Of a stretch of DNA of 64,000 bases, positions 24,750 to 37,621 are shown piece by piece (position 1 is the first letter of the stretch; each line of letters opens with the position of its first letter). The translations under genes and the position numbers were made by a program. The stretch lies in contig MU058636.1 in NCBI GenBank assembly GCA_013265495.1, positions 8,329,425 through 8,393,424 of the forward strand. Reading direction: 5' to 3'. The notes under the pieces were generated by a model. It was given only the letters and a program-made list of their open reading frames with translations, was not told where the DNA came from and searched no databases. This stretch comes from Vicugna vicugna. Taxonomy: Eukaryota.

Positions 24750-27700
24750 ACATTGTAATTTTCAATAAAACCACACTGTAGTCATTTTCTAAAAAGTACT
24801 CATTAGTGTTCTTGCTATGCAGACATTCTTAATGTTTCATTTGGCCAATTTATTAAAGGCAGCCTTTAGGGCAGGCTTTACGGGAGTGTTTAGCTGTGGT
24901 GAGCCAGTCAATTCAGTGAAGGAAATGTCTGCACAATGGAAAGGCATTGCAGAGAGAGCTCAGTATGTCGTCTCAGACTGACGAATGCTCCGTTTTGCAG
25001 ACTATATTAGATGCAGTGATTTGGGGGGGAGGGGTCAGATGGGGGAAATCTGACGCTTTAACTAGGGAACAGAAGAAGTAAATTTTAAATAATGCCCACA
25101 AATAGACAAAGAAAACAGGCTTTTCATGATGTAATCATGGGCTAACTGCAATCTCAATGGTAGTCAATAATGATTAGACTGACTGGAGAATTATTAGGCG
25201 ATAAAAAGGATGATATGAAAATATTGAAAAGAAACACCCAGTTTTAGGTGGAAAAAACCTGAAAATCATAGCCATAATAAAAATGAAAAAACACAAGTGG
25301 TTCCACTGAGGAGTCCAAAGTTGGCAAGAGCAATGTTTCTCCAGAAACTTCAACCTAGTAGAGCCTGCTGACGAGGTGATATTCCCTTCCATACATTTCA
25401 CAATATTTTTACGTTCTCTTATTTCAGCTTTAGAAAATAGTAATATTAATAGTCTGAACAACAGTTCATTCTGGGTGTAGTCAGCCTTCAGCAAATATAT
25501 TCAGCAGCGTTTTTAGGAGAGGGTTATGTTTCAGGGTGGTATTATCCGAGGCTGGGGATTATTTAAGCTCTTCTTGACTTAATGCTTTATATTGTTGAAC
25601 ATTTAGAAAGAGCTCTGTTTCTTGCCAGTGGAAGCACCTGAGAAAATAAAACCACTTTTTGATTTTTCCATGGCATGTTCCAAAAATTTTGCTGCAGATG
25701 ACATTTTATTAAACTTGGATTCACTAAAAAGGAACTTTATACTCACACAGAGATGGCTTTCATTCTGCTCACATCCATATGTATACATTGCATACATATG
25801 TGCAGATGCCACACCAGGAAGAAATTTGCTAATTGTTTAGTGATTGTTGCACACACATTTTGCTGAATATGTATAAAAGTATTGGCTTGGCAGACTGTCT
25901 AGCAAGTTGTTTTTTTTTGAATTGTAGGAAACAATTGAGTCTATTGTCATATTTGACAAAAGAAACAAACAAAAAAAAAAACAACAGGGTTTTCTCCTCA
26001 AAAGTTTTCAAAGTCCAAGGAACCAGGATGAGAACTGCTTTTGCCTCCAGTTATGTACATTTTAAATCAGTTAAGTAAATAATTTCTGATGAGATTTTCA
26101 AATAATCACTAATTTTTGTTCTTTTTCCCATAAATGATGATGTAAGCTATTTATTCCGAGTGTATGTCTCTCCAACTATACGTGTATGTGTGTAATAGTG
26201 TTTTTGTTTTTCAAATTCTATAAGGCATGTGTACTTATTATCAGCATTTTAGTATTTATATATATATATTTTAGTCAAAGTTTTATGGTAGTGGCCAAGT
26301 GGGGTTTTTTTGATTAAAGCAGTAGTGTAATTTGAAAAAAAAAAAAAAGACATTTGCGGGTTCCTTGTGGATTACAATCTATTTCTGGAAGCAGTCAGCT
26401 GGAAAACAAAAAACAAGACAGAACAATTCCAAGTTTTTGAACAGCATCTTTAAAATATAAGGACATTGTTTCCCTCAGGGAAACAAAGAAACCAACTGAC
26501 AGTAAAGTCACTTAAAAAACAAAACAAAACACCAAAAACAAAAGAAGAAAAAAGAAAAACCTTCATCAGGGAACTCTGACAAACATTTAAACCGTAAGAA
26601 TCGACTTTGAAAGTATAATTTAACTAAGTCTGTTTCTCCTTAAAAATGAACCAAGATATTGTGATATATAATTTATAGGTAAAATCAATTGAAATCTTGA
26701 GAGTTTTATTTGATTAGCATTTAAGAATGAGTGAGAGTGAGATAGTAAGAAGCAACAAGCCTTGGGAAAACACAGCCTCCCACTTACAGGTTAATTTTTT
26801 AAGGGGGTGAAAAAAGAATTATTTCTCTCAAAAATATTTGATACTTGCTAGCATGCTTTAGGAAGACAGATTTTTGTATACTAAATTCAGACTTACTAAA
26901 TCAGCCACTCCCAACGCTCTGTTGAGAACTAGTAAACAGGAGCAAAGAATCAGCAGGCTAATGACTGGCTCTCTCTGAAATCAGTTGTATGCAAACCAAA
27001 ACTTAGAAAGAACAGCACGCTCTCCTGTGAGCGTCAGCCTAGCGCTGCCCAGCAAATGCCCCGTTCTCTTCTCCCCACCCTTCAGAAAGTCCTCTGGTCA
27101 CTTCTGCTCACAAGTGCTTTTTCAGTAAGGACAGACCTTCTCACGTGCTAGGCAGAGACCAGCCAGAGTCAGCGAACACTCGTTCTTTTCTGCTACAAAC
27201 ATCTAAAGTACAATGTCCCATCCAGTCTTTGACACTGGAATGCTGTTTCTTTGGTCAAATTGCCTGCTGTTGCCTTTCCCCTTGAAGCCTGGATCCTTGA
27301 ATTCTGAAAGCAATTCTTTGCACCTGTAAGTATTTGTTGTTCACGTGTGAGCTGCCTGCTTGTGTACCAAGGCCCCCTGATTGCAGAATAATGTGGCAAA
27401 ACCAGATAGGACTGAATCCTATCAGAGGCAGTGTGACCAGAGAGAGATCCCCCAGCCTGCATACTGGGAGGGACCCACCTAATTCAAGCAACCTGTATTT
27501 GTGGAAAGCTATACTGAATCAAACATAGTGATAATTAAAGTATTTTAAATGAGAAACAGCATGCAGGCCTGTAAGGGGATATAAAAAGTTAGGTGATCTT
27601 ACTAGCAGAATTGTTGACAGAGAAAGATTGCCTGCTTCATCTCCTTTGGAGAGAGTTGCTTAACAATTGAGAATCTAAAGTCAAAGTGGCCGATGCCTTT

Positions 27701-27935
27701 GCTCTGATCACCATTTCCCTGAGAGGAGTTTCTTTGCAGCTGATCACCTCCATCCAGAGGCAGCCTTGTCTGTTGCCTTTGTGCTTTGTTGGGAAAAATT
27801 TGGAAAACACAGTGTTGAGGTAATAGGCTATGTCAAAAGAAACGGTGTCTCTTAATGGAAATGTCTGAACTGCAGAGACTTAGAAAAACAAAAGATACTT
27901 CTTTTGTGTTGTTCTTAGGACAAAATGCAAGGTAG

Positions 27936-27985
27936 ACACACACACACAAGTGTGCGCACGCGCACATACAAACACACAAACACAC
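27936..27985. repeat. Imperfect (CA)n/(CG) tract
   Basis: acacacacacacaagtgtgcgcacgcgcacatacaaacacacaaacacac. Confidence 0.8.
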
Positions 27986-29809
27986 TTGTTCTTCTCACCA
28001 GAAAAAAATGTTAATATTAACACAAACAACGAAGGAACAAGCAGACCTTTGACAAGACATGTAATGCTATCATTGCCAAATGACTAAAGTATGCAATAAT
28101 GGAAACTTGGGAATTAAAAAAAAAAGAACAATAGAACTCATCTCCCACTCCGCTGGTCAGTAGTACCCACTGAACATTTAACATTTAAAAAAAATTCTTT
28201 GACTTAAAAGCCTGCTTTGCCTTTGAAAACGGAAAAACAAAAGGCTTTGGTATTTCATTGGTGTTTCAATCCCAGAGCATTGGTTTTTACTGAGGTGGGG
28301 ATTCCTCATTCAATTTAAATGTTCCCTTTGAGGTTGATGTTTGGCAATTGCTTCCGGACTTTTCATTTTGAGTCAGCTGGGCAGAATTTCTACATCCTAT
28401 TTTCCTCCCTCAGATGGAACAAAATTTTCGCAGATTATTTTTGGTTTATTCTTGTGGTGAAGATATGACATCAGTATTTTGGACCTAAAAGGAAATTCTG
28501 CATTTGGTTTTCAAAGGCTGACTTAAAGATGTAAAGGGTTGTATGTGGGCCAAATCTAATCCTGGTCCAAATTGACCTTCCTGCTCAGATGGTTTGGAAA
28601 CTAGGCTGTGGCAAGCACTGATTGATTTAGAGGTTTCTCTTAATCCTGCTACTTCCTGTCATACATGAGGGGCTGTCACTACATGTAGGTGTCTGGGAAA
28701 GAACATAAGTGGTGTAACCAGGGTAAATCTAAGAAAGTGGTAAGCAACTTTTTATTTTTTCAAATTACTAAATAACCTCACCTACCCCACCCCACCCTAC
28801 CCTCAAAAGATTATCTGACCTATTTTTTTTTCATTCAAAATGAATCAAAAGTGTTTGAGTCCCATAGGTTTATAGTAAATAATTGTATCTTAGAGTGTCT
28901 TCATTGGATTTTAATAATTTCAATGGGGAAATTGGCACTCATTTAAGATGATAAAATTGTAGTATTGAGCCACCTTTAAGAATTAGTAAAAGGGAGGTAG
29001 CATTCCATTGCTTATCCTGTAAATTTAGCTTTTCAGATTAGGAAGTTGAAGCTTAGAAAGATGAAATGATCATGACTCGCATAAAGAGCTTCCCAAAAGT
29101 GGTATTGTTAGAATTAAAGTGTGTCCCACTAATGACAATAGTTCCACTCATGGCAATCAGAAGGTGTACTTGGCAGTGTGCGTAGGCATTAGAGACACAT
29201 TGCTGGATAAGATACTGCTACTCCCAACCTCCTCCGTCTGAGTCTCTGGTAATGGGGTCACCTACCTTCCCAAAGTTGTTTCATGTCCTTTAAATTTTAG
29301 CTTAGCAGGCCAGTGCCAGTGGTGTCCAAGAAGGCCAACGCTGAAGGACTTTAGCCACTCTGTTGTCCTGCTTTGTGCTGGCTCACAGAGCCCTCAGGCC
29401 AAGCCTGCTGTGAGCCTCACCCAGACTCCCGTCCCAGAAGCAGTAGGAGTGTTTATAGCCCATGGGATAATCTGTTTCTTCAATCTTTAGCCCTAAATCT
29501 TAGACTAAGTTTTTTTTTCCCCCCTTCCTGGATCTTTACTGGAGAAAATAATTCATCTGGGATTAGGCCACAGACACTGTATAGTGCAGTTGGTGAAGAT
29601 GCATGCAGCATATAGATAAAATTCCTTTAAAGATTAAGTTGCTTTTAAATCCATTCCACCTTTCCCAGCACAAACATTAGTTATTCTACTTAAGTTTTTA
29701 AATATCTTGCATTCCTATATTGTTTTAGAATTGTCAGTTTGCACATACATCTTTTCTTTTAATCACTCTCGTATTGTGTGACAAACATAATCTCTTTTAC
29801 AGATTAGAG

Positions 29810-29925
29810 ACCATAGATAGTAAACTCCTCCAGGGCAGGGACCTCACCTGTCTTGTGCACCGTTGTGTCTCCATGGCCTGCCACACTGTACATGTTCAGT
29901 GGTTATCTGTGACTGAATGAGGAAA
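29810..29925 (+). mobile_element. L2 3'-terminal fragment
   Basis: gtaaactcctccagggcagggacc...tgtcttgtgcaccgttgtgtctcca...tgactgaatga. Confidence 0.7.
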
Positions 29926-30399
29926 TGAGGGATGACTTGCTCAGGGACCCACAGTTGAAAAGAGGTAGTGTGACTGTTTATCACTGACAAGCTGTTATTA
30001 AAATTCTGCTAAACACACTGAGTGATAAGAAATACATTACCTTTCCAAGTAGCTGTGGCCCACATCTTTTTTTATTTATTTAAACTTTTATTTTGTTTGT
30101 TTGTTTGTTTGTTTTGGTTTGGTTTTGTGCCTGCACTGTTTCCCTACTCCTCTCTTCTACTCAGATGGATTCTGCTGATGCCAGTCATGGTTGCTAAGCT
30201 TTTAGGAGTAGGCAGATGATGCAAAGGAAGTCTCTCACAGCATCCATCCTGCTGTCTAGGGAGGTCAGACCAGAAAGTGACCAACCTGACAGCCAAGTAG
30301 ATTCAGTCATTGGTTCTCAAAAACAACTCACAAATGGAAGATGGAAGATGGATTTCTTCTGTGATTTCAGGCGCTGGTACATCTTGTACTTCCAGTGGC

Positions 30400-30620
30400 C
30401 CTCTTGGCTCTCATGTATCGAGAGGATGCCTGAGAAAGAAACCAAACACAAAGAGAGGAAAGCTGAGAAATGAGAGCACAATGACACTGTTTGAACCTCT
30501 GAATGTACTGTACCCAACGCTTACCCCACCTTTGAGTTTCTCAAGTGTGTGGGCCAATAAGTAGCCCCCTCTTTATTTCTTCATTTTTTTACTTGTGAGC
30601 AAAAGAGACCTGACTAATAT
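30400..30620 (+). mobile_element. Old MaLR (MLT1) LTR 3' fragment
   Basis: tttgaacctctgaat...gtgggccaataa...acttgtgagcaaaagagacctgactaata. Confidence 0.5.
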
Positions 30621-31014
30621 GGTAACCTACCCTATAATGATACAGGTTTGACTTTTAGCACATTTTCCTCTACGTGGAGCCCAGATGGTTTTTTGGACAC
30701 AGAACAATTGCGTCTCTTTTTTCATATAACAATGGTTCTAATACTTAGAAATACGTTACTCTCTTCCCTGGCATTTGCTGGAGTCTTTTCCTTTCTGGTT
30801 CCTGTGTTCAGTTCCTTCAACTTTTCTTCATGTGATATAGTTTCCTGTACCATCTTAGTTGCTAGCCTTTCAGTGTATCCTCATTTGCCCATAGTTGTCT
30901 TACCATGAGGGAGAAGTAAACATACTGATCAGAGCAATATAGAGTAGAACTGATTTTATATTTATCTTGAGTTCACTTTCATTTAGTTACATAGGTTCCA
31001 TCTTTTCTACTCAT

Positions 31015-31080
31015 TGATATCTATCTGGAGTCTACATTGATATCTGTCTTGAGTCTACACTGTTATCTGTCTTGAGTCTA
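31015..31080. repeat. Short tandem repeat, about 2.9 x 23 bp
   Basis: tgatatctatctggagtctacat / tgatatctgtcttgagtctacac / tgttatctgtcttgagtcta. Confidence 0.9.
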
Positions 31081-32414
31081 TCAAAAAAGGTATTCGCTGT
31101 TTCCTTTGACTTTATATTTTCACAGCTATGTCTAAAGATTGTAGATTTAAAATTTTTCTGTGTGTGCATTAAAAGTTTATAAAGTTAAAAATTTTTATGG
31201 CAGAATGTTATTTATAAATCCAAGCTAGTATTAATAGTTTTCTTAGATAAATGTAAATCTTAATAGAAATCACAACTTATTTGTGAATATTACTTTCCTA
31301 AATCTTTATTCACCTAGAAGCTCCACTAATGACTATTAGCCCAAAAATGTGATTTCATTCAGTTCCTGTCTGAGAAACTAGGAAAAACAACAACAGCAAA
31401 ATTGCTTCTTTGCTTCATTTGCCAAATATTTTGCACAGTGCTTATTTTGTATCATTTCCCACATTAAGTGTAAGAGGAGACTCATTGGCACATTATAAAT
31501 AAGCAATTAATGCTGAAAAGGGAGCCACTTCCAAAGCTAGCATTTCCCCAGGAAATAAAGAAAAGATGAGATCAGTACTCCAGAGATTCTATGAGTGTCT
31601 TTCTGTCTTCTGCCTCCCTCTTTTTGCAGGATAAAATGAAGAACTGAGAGAGAATGCAGATAATTGAAACATACACGTTGCCTTTGTTATCTCAATGTTT
31701 TCAGACAAAAAATATGCTTGACTTGAATTGTCCACATTTTACTCATCATCTTGCTAAGTTTTAAAACAAAGAAAAGGTAAAAATGTTAAAGGAAAGACAT
31801 TCTGAGTTGCGTGTGTGTGAGTGAAGAAGGGTACCTTGATAACACAGAAGCAGAAAACAGCCAAGTCTTTTAGCCTCAGCAGCATCTTTTAATTTAAAGC
31901 AGGCCTCCTTAACGAAGAGTTAATTTTATTTTAAATTCTCTTAACTTTGGAAAGCTGATTTAATACGAATGCATTTTAGTGTGATCTTGACACATGCTTT
32001 TGGGAAAAAAATTCCAAAAGGACTTTTATTAACAAAAATAAGGCTTCTGAAGAAACAAACAAAAAAATAAGTCATTGAAATGAGATTCCAGTGAGAGAGA
32101 CACCAGCAAGCACTCAGAAATGGTCCCTCATTTTGTATGTATCTCAGTTATTAACTTGTAATAAAAGCAGGAAGGTTTTTTATTGTTGTTGTTTGTTCAG
32201 CTCTTGCTTTTGCTTCAAGTATTTTTTTCATTTATTCTCTCAGAAAACTCACCGATTCCTCTTTCCGTGTTCCAGGTGTTTCTTCATCTAAGCTGCAGCT
32301 TGGGGATGAAAATGCAGCCATGCTTTGTTGTGAATGGAGCAATGTTCTTCTAAGTTTATTAAACCTAATCTAGACCTAGATTGTTTCAAATCTCAGTGAA
32401 CTCCAGCCTCCCGA

Positions 32415-32655
32415 AGCTGGCGCACTGGAAAGGACTGTGGGTCTTGGAGGTAGATCTGATTTAGAATCCCAGTGCTGCCTACTCCTTTGTGATGTTTGGC
32501 AGGTTATCCAACATCTCTGATTCTCACTGACCTCATCTGTAAAATGAGAATAATTAACTTCCAGGGTTGTTTTGAGGATTAAATGAAATAATGATGAAAT
32601 GTATCAGGCAGAGTTCCTAGTGCATGGTATATACCCAATAAGAAACAATATTATT
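32415..32655 (+). mobile_element. MIR SINE, near full length
   Basis: gaatcccagtgctgcc...cctcatctgtaaaatgagaataat...cagggttgttttgaggattaaatgaaataat. Confidence 0.85.
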
Positions 32656-35378
32656 GTAATCCATGTTCCTATTCTGAGGGAAAAAATTACCTTGCAACTG
32701 AGTTTATTATGTTATCTTCCTTAACTAATTATTCACAACTTATTTTTTTCAGTAAGTATGATTAGAAAGCATACGTGTAGTCAGTTGACGTTTAAAACTG
32801 ATCGTATTTTTGTTTCTTAATGGAAAAATAATTTTGAAGTTTCACTTAATTTCCTGGATGTATATTTAGAAAAAAAGTCAATTCAAAAATTGAAAATATG
32901 GAGCCTTTTTAATGAATAAATATTCTGTAGATTCTGTAGGAGAGAGAGGCTGGCGTATCCCATACCACTTACTCTCTCCCTCAGTAAATATTTGTTTTGT
33001 ATAAACTCTCATTTGAATCGCACTCCCACTGCTGTTCTCCATTAGCCTCCCTTTGGCGACTAGGTGCCCCTTCTCACTGGCTCCTTTATTTTGTTATCCA
33101 GGTTTTTCCCTCAGACCTCAAATCCTTCACCTTTTCTTGCACAGAGCAAATTCCTCACAGCCTTTTGTTAGGCACAGTCCTTTCCATCACAACTGGCTTT
33201 TTAATTTGCCTTAGAAATCTTTCTTCTAAATAAGTACAAGGCTTTTTCTGAAAAGGACTTTGTTTTCTTTTTCTATTTTATTACCGTTTCTTCCATGACA
33301 TTACAACACTACATATTCTTTTTTTTTTTCCTTCAAATTCTGTAGTTGGTTATAGTTGTTAAAATGAATTTAAAAGGCAGGATCTGGAGCCTATTTCTAC
33401 AGACTCATTAACATTATTATCCTGGATCGAAACCCCAAGCATTTAAAGAAACTTACCTGTGTGGAGCCACCTATAGTGATAAAACATCTAAAATGTGTAT
33501 CTAGACCTTGCTTATTATATGGTAAACTTGTATCTGAAACTGTTTTCCAAGTATAAGTGTTAAAAATAAGTGCTAGTCTGGATTCTGCTTCAGGAACCTT
33601 TGGTTCTAACATTCCATGATTTTCACCACAGTCACTCTCTTGCAAAGGGAGGAAGAAAACAACATATAGGCAGGATTTCTTGTTTAATTGGCGTTTAACT
33701 GAAACTGATTTCCATGAGAAGAAATTAACATGAGGCCAATGAGGGCATGATGTGTTAATGTTCAGACAGCCTCAAAGGTCACAAACAGTAAGAAACAGGA
33801 AGAAACTCTGAAGTAGGCAGCAACTTCTAATGTTCTTCGACATATTTCCCTGGTGGATTTTTAGTTTTGTATTAGGCTCTTCCAAGTTTCCCTTCAGATG
33901 TTATGTAATAGTCTTTTTCTTCAGGGGAATATGATTTGGAGTATGATGGTTTACACATCTTGTATACAGACACTGAGATCAAAACATCAAAGGGATGTTA
34001 GCTCAGTTTTACAAATCTGTCTCATAGTCTCTTTGAAGAACTCACACTCTTCTGATATCCTCCTTTGGGAAGTCATGCCTTTTGCCTAAAGTCCATGTTT
34101 AGAAATGTGGACCAGTAGTTAAAGACTTATTCAATCATGTTTCTGGCTTTTGGGATTTAACTGCTGGTTAATTAATAAAAGATTCAAGAGAACAAACATT
34201 CTTACAATTAATTGTACAGATAACACAGTGTCTAAACTATTTCAAAACGTAAGTGAAATACGGGTTTCCTTCGTACATAGACTGTAGAAGGTTGTTAATA
34301 ACATAGTGGAGAATGGAGTTATAACTCAGCTTCGATGCATTTTTCATGAAAAATAGAGACAACTGTCAGGTTTCAAACCATTCGAGACAGAAACCCAAGC
34401 AAAGGCATGGAGAATTTGAAGGAAAATAAATAGACAAATTTGACTAAAGATGACGCTATGCTAGTAGGTATTGGAGTGTTAGTGTAAATTTAAGGTTAAC
34501 GCATATTAGCTGGAAAGAAATGATGACAAATTAATTTCTTTCTCCCTCTCTCATTTGAATAGTATGATTAAGTAAATATTTGTCTTACTATCCAGATAAC
34601 ATTTAACCTGCCTATGTTAATTTAGTTATATTAATGAAATCTGCACCCTCAAAGCCAAGAAGAAAACCAAAAGGAACCAGAACATTGATTTTCAACACCA
34701 ATCATATATAGTTATTTTAAGATAGTCAAGCAGGAGATTTGGGGGACGAGATTGAGTTGTGTTAAGTGGGGAAGGGAACAGAGGAAAAGAAAGAGGGTCA
34801 CTAATCTTAGACAGCTGCTCTGTACCAGGGGTGCACCCATTAGAGAGACCACATTAGCTCTTTACTATCTCATTAGAAGCAATATTAACAGAAAGGAAAG
34901 AGTTCTTATCCCATGCGCCTACCTTCGTCTTGCCACAGCATGATGGGTGGAGCCCTAGGAATCCTCTGAGATGATAGTGAGAACATTCAACATGATGTTT
35001 GTTCTAAAGCTACAGACAAGGTCTAGCATACGGCTTTGATTGAAGGTATATGCTCTTAATCATCAGCTTTATGGTTTGGAGAGGACAGAATTTTCAGATG
35101 TATTTATGTGCTGATTTTTAGGTGTTTTCAGTGACTACTCTGAAAGCTTTCGTTTTCTCATTCACGCGGCAGATGGATGGCTCCTGGGGATACTCCTGAA
35201 GGCTTCCTCTGTCTCTGAACAGGGTGAACTGAAAGAAGCATTTGGTAGAGTGAAATTTTTGTCCTGGCAGGAGAAACCAGAGATTTCGACAGATAAATAC
35301 ATACATCTGTGAATGGATTGATTATTATTTTTTCTTTGAAGTAGTTAAGAGCACAGTCCTAGTTAATTTGTAGCTGGT

Positions 35379-35452
35379 GAGGGAGGGAGGGAGGGAGAGA
35401 GAGAGAGAGAAAGAAAGAGGAAGAGAGAGAGAGAGGGGTTGGGAGAGAGAAA
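35379..35452. repeat. Polypurine (GGGA)n/(GA)n tract
   Basis: (GGGA)4 at 35381-35396 followed by GA repeats. Confidence 0.9.
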
Positions 35453-35764
35453 GATTGTCCTATTGGTGCAGTTCTCATGTTTAAACTGAGACAGGCCTAA
35501 GGGTGATAAGGCAAAAATAAGGCAAAAATGTGAAGAAAGGAAAAAAACAGAACTCTTAGCAAGAAAACGGAAGTCTGGCATCTTGGAAGATGTTTTAATC
35601 AGCTGAGCTCAGACTGATCATTAGGGTCAAAACACCCTCTTCATTCACATAACCCTAATAATTTCAGCCCCAAATGAGTAGGGTTTACATATAAGGAAGA
35701 AATTAAAAATATTTTGTGGTTCCCAGTTTGCTGACCTTAGATCATTTTTTTGTCAATTAATTAA

Positions 35765-35865
35765 ATTATTCAGCAAATATTTTTTTGAGCATCTCCTTAT
35801 GCCAGGCAACGTTCTAGGCATTGAAGACAGAAAGACACACTAATGAACAAGACAAGGTTCCTATG
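35765..35865 (-). mobile_element. L2 3'-end fragment
   Basis: attcagcaaatattt...gagcatct...tatgccaggcaacgttctaggcattgaaga. Confidence 0.65.
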
Positions 35866-36589
35866 GACCATATTTTAAAGGAGGATTTGTCCGTCCGTCT
35901 TTGCTAAACAATTCTCCCAGATGTCTGTAAGAAGTAGTTGCTACTTTTTCTATTCCATTCTTCTTTCCCTGATTTCTCTACCTCTTTTGCCATTTTTAAT
36001 CCAGTTTGTAAATATTTTCAAGGGAAGAAGTGGGCTTTTAAGTAAAGTACTACCATTTAGGAGCGTTGACTTTTGGCGCTTAAAGTATAATCATCTTTTT
36101 GTGCAGGGAAGCGGCACTGCATTCTTGTGGTCCTGGTTTTTTGCTGAAATGCTTTCACAGGTTGAGCAGCATCCGGTGCTGAGCGCTGGTTCTCATTCTT
36201 TGGTCTGCATTTCTTTTCTCCCTGGGAAATCCTGTGTCTCTTGAAATAGGCTACTGAGTCTAAGCTCTATTTCCAGCCTGGAATTCCCCCTTCCACTGCC
36301 ATTACGTCTTTCTAAATCTTTCCCAAACGCTGGGAAACGCGAAGATGGAGAGGAATGTGGGCTCCAAAGGATTGTATCTGTTGTTTTACAATTGAATGTA
36401 TTAACATAATGCCTACCATTTTTCTTCATGGTATCCACACTGGATTAGAGCACAGTTTACATTTTCCATCAGCAACTTTGTATTTTTCCTTGTACTTGAA
36501 CGAGTTAGTGTTTATACTACTCAGATCATGGGAAGAAAGCTGATTAAAATAGATCGAATATCGCTCAAGCCAGGAATGAGTTGCAAATC

Positions 36590-36815
36590 AGAGGCAGCAA
36601 TAATATGGTAGTTAAGACCATGGATCCTCAGGCCTGCTGTCTTAGTTCAAATCCCAAGTGAACATGGGCAGACAGTTTGCTTATTTATCAAAGGGAATAA
36701 TAATACTGTGTACTTCACAGGATTGTTGTGAAGGTTAACTTAGTCATCACATATGAAGCACTTAGAACATTGCTTGGCATACAGCAAGCCCTGGTTATAA
36801 ATGACATTATTATTT
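36590..36815 (+). mobile_element. MIR SINE
   Basis: ggtagttaagaccatgga...gttcaaatccca...cacaggattgttgtgaaggtt...aagcacttagaaca. Confidence 0.8.
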
Positions 36816-37339
36816 TCATTATTAAGGGCAGGATTAATGTCCAAGATAGGGGAAGGACGGTCCTGAACCACGAAGACAAACATTTAAGCCTTCACATAAC
36901 AGGTGAATGTTTGGAACTGACTTAGATGTTATCTCTGATTGCTCTGATCATTGACAAAATATTTACTGGGACACCAAATAGGAAACTAATTTTAATTAAT
37001 AATGAATGTGATCTCATAAAAATAAATGGTATGTTGAATGTCTGTTAGGTAAGGAAGGATCTAATTGACAATTTGAATTTCCTCTCCTGTGAACTGCCTT
37101 TTCATATCCTTTGGAAAGTTTCTATTTTAGGTTGCCTTTTTCTCATTGCGTATAGGATTTCTTGATGTACACTGCAGATTAGGGGAGGGACTCCACCTCT
37201 GTGCCCTAATTTCTTAACGTGATGAAAAGTGTCCCTGGAGTGGACGCTCTTGGTCTGTTTGCCCACTCCGTATTCCCTCTTCTGAATGAGCTGTCGTATT
37301 GTTGAGGTTAGAAGTGTTTAAGCCTACTTGTGCCGTCCT

Positions 37340-37621
37340 TACTGCAAAGACTTACTGCTGAGCCTTGGGAGGAGCTTAACACCGGACCCTACCACATGCA
37401 GTGCAGACTGCCCATCCCAAGCAAGCTTGTATATAATCTACCAAATCTCAGAAACAGGTACTCACAGCGGAATGCCATTGTAAAATGGGAACAGTGTGTG
37501 CATGGCTAGGTCCAAGCAGATTCGGATGTCACTAGTAAACCCCACCAGCAGGTGGCCCAGGCTCTTGCCATACCTACGGCTTTTTCACACGTCCCTCAAC
37601 ATGCCTACATGGCCTTCACTG
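37340..37621 (+). mobile_element. ERV-L pol fragment (connection region), inverted duplicate
   Basis: Hand translation LPIPSKLVYNLPNLRNRYSQRNAIVKWEQCVHG*VQADSDVTSKPHQQVAQ aligns with the recalled ERV-L pol segment LPIM...AQQHSIIKWKWYI...GTSKLHEEVAQ. Confidence 0.75.

Noticed and set aside
25776..25800. Hairpin catatgtat-N7-atacatatg as a miRNA precursor
   Set aside because: Only a 9-bp low-complexity stem, too short for a pre-miRNA.
35381..35396. G-quadruplex regulatory element
   Set aside because: It is simply part of a common (GGGA)n/(GA)n microsatellite with no other support.
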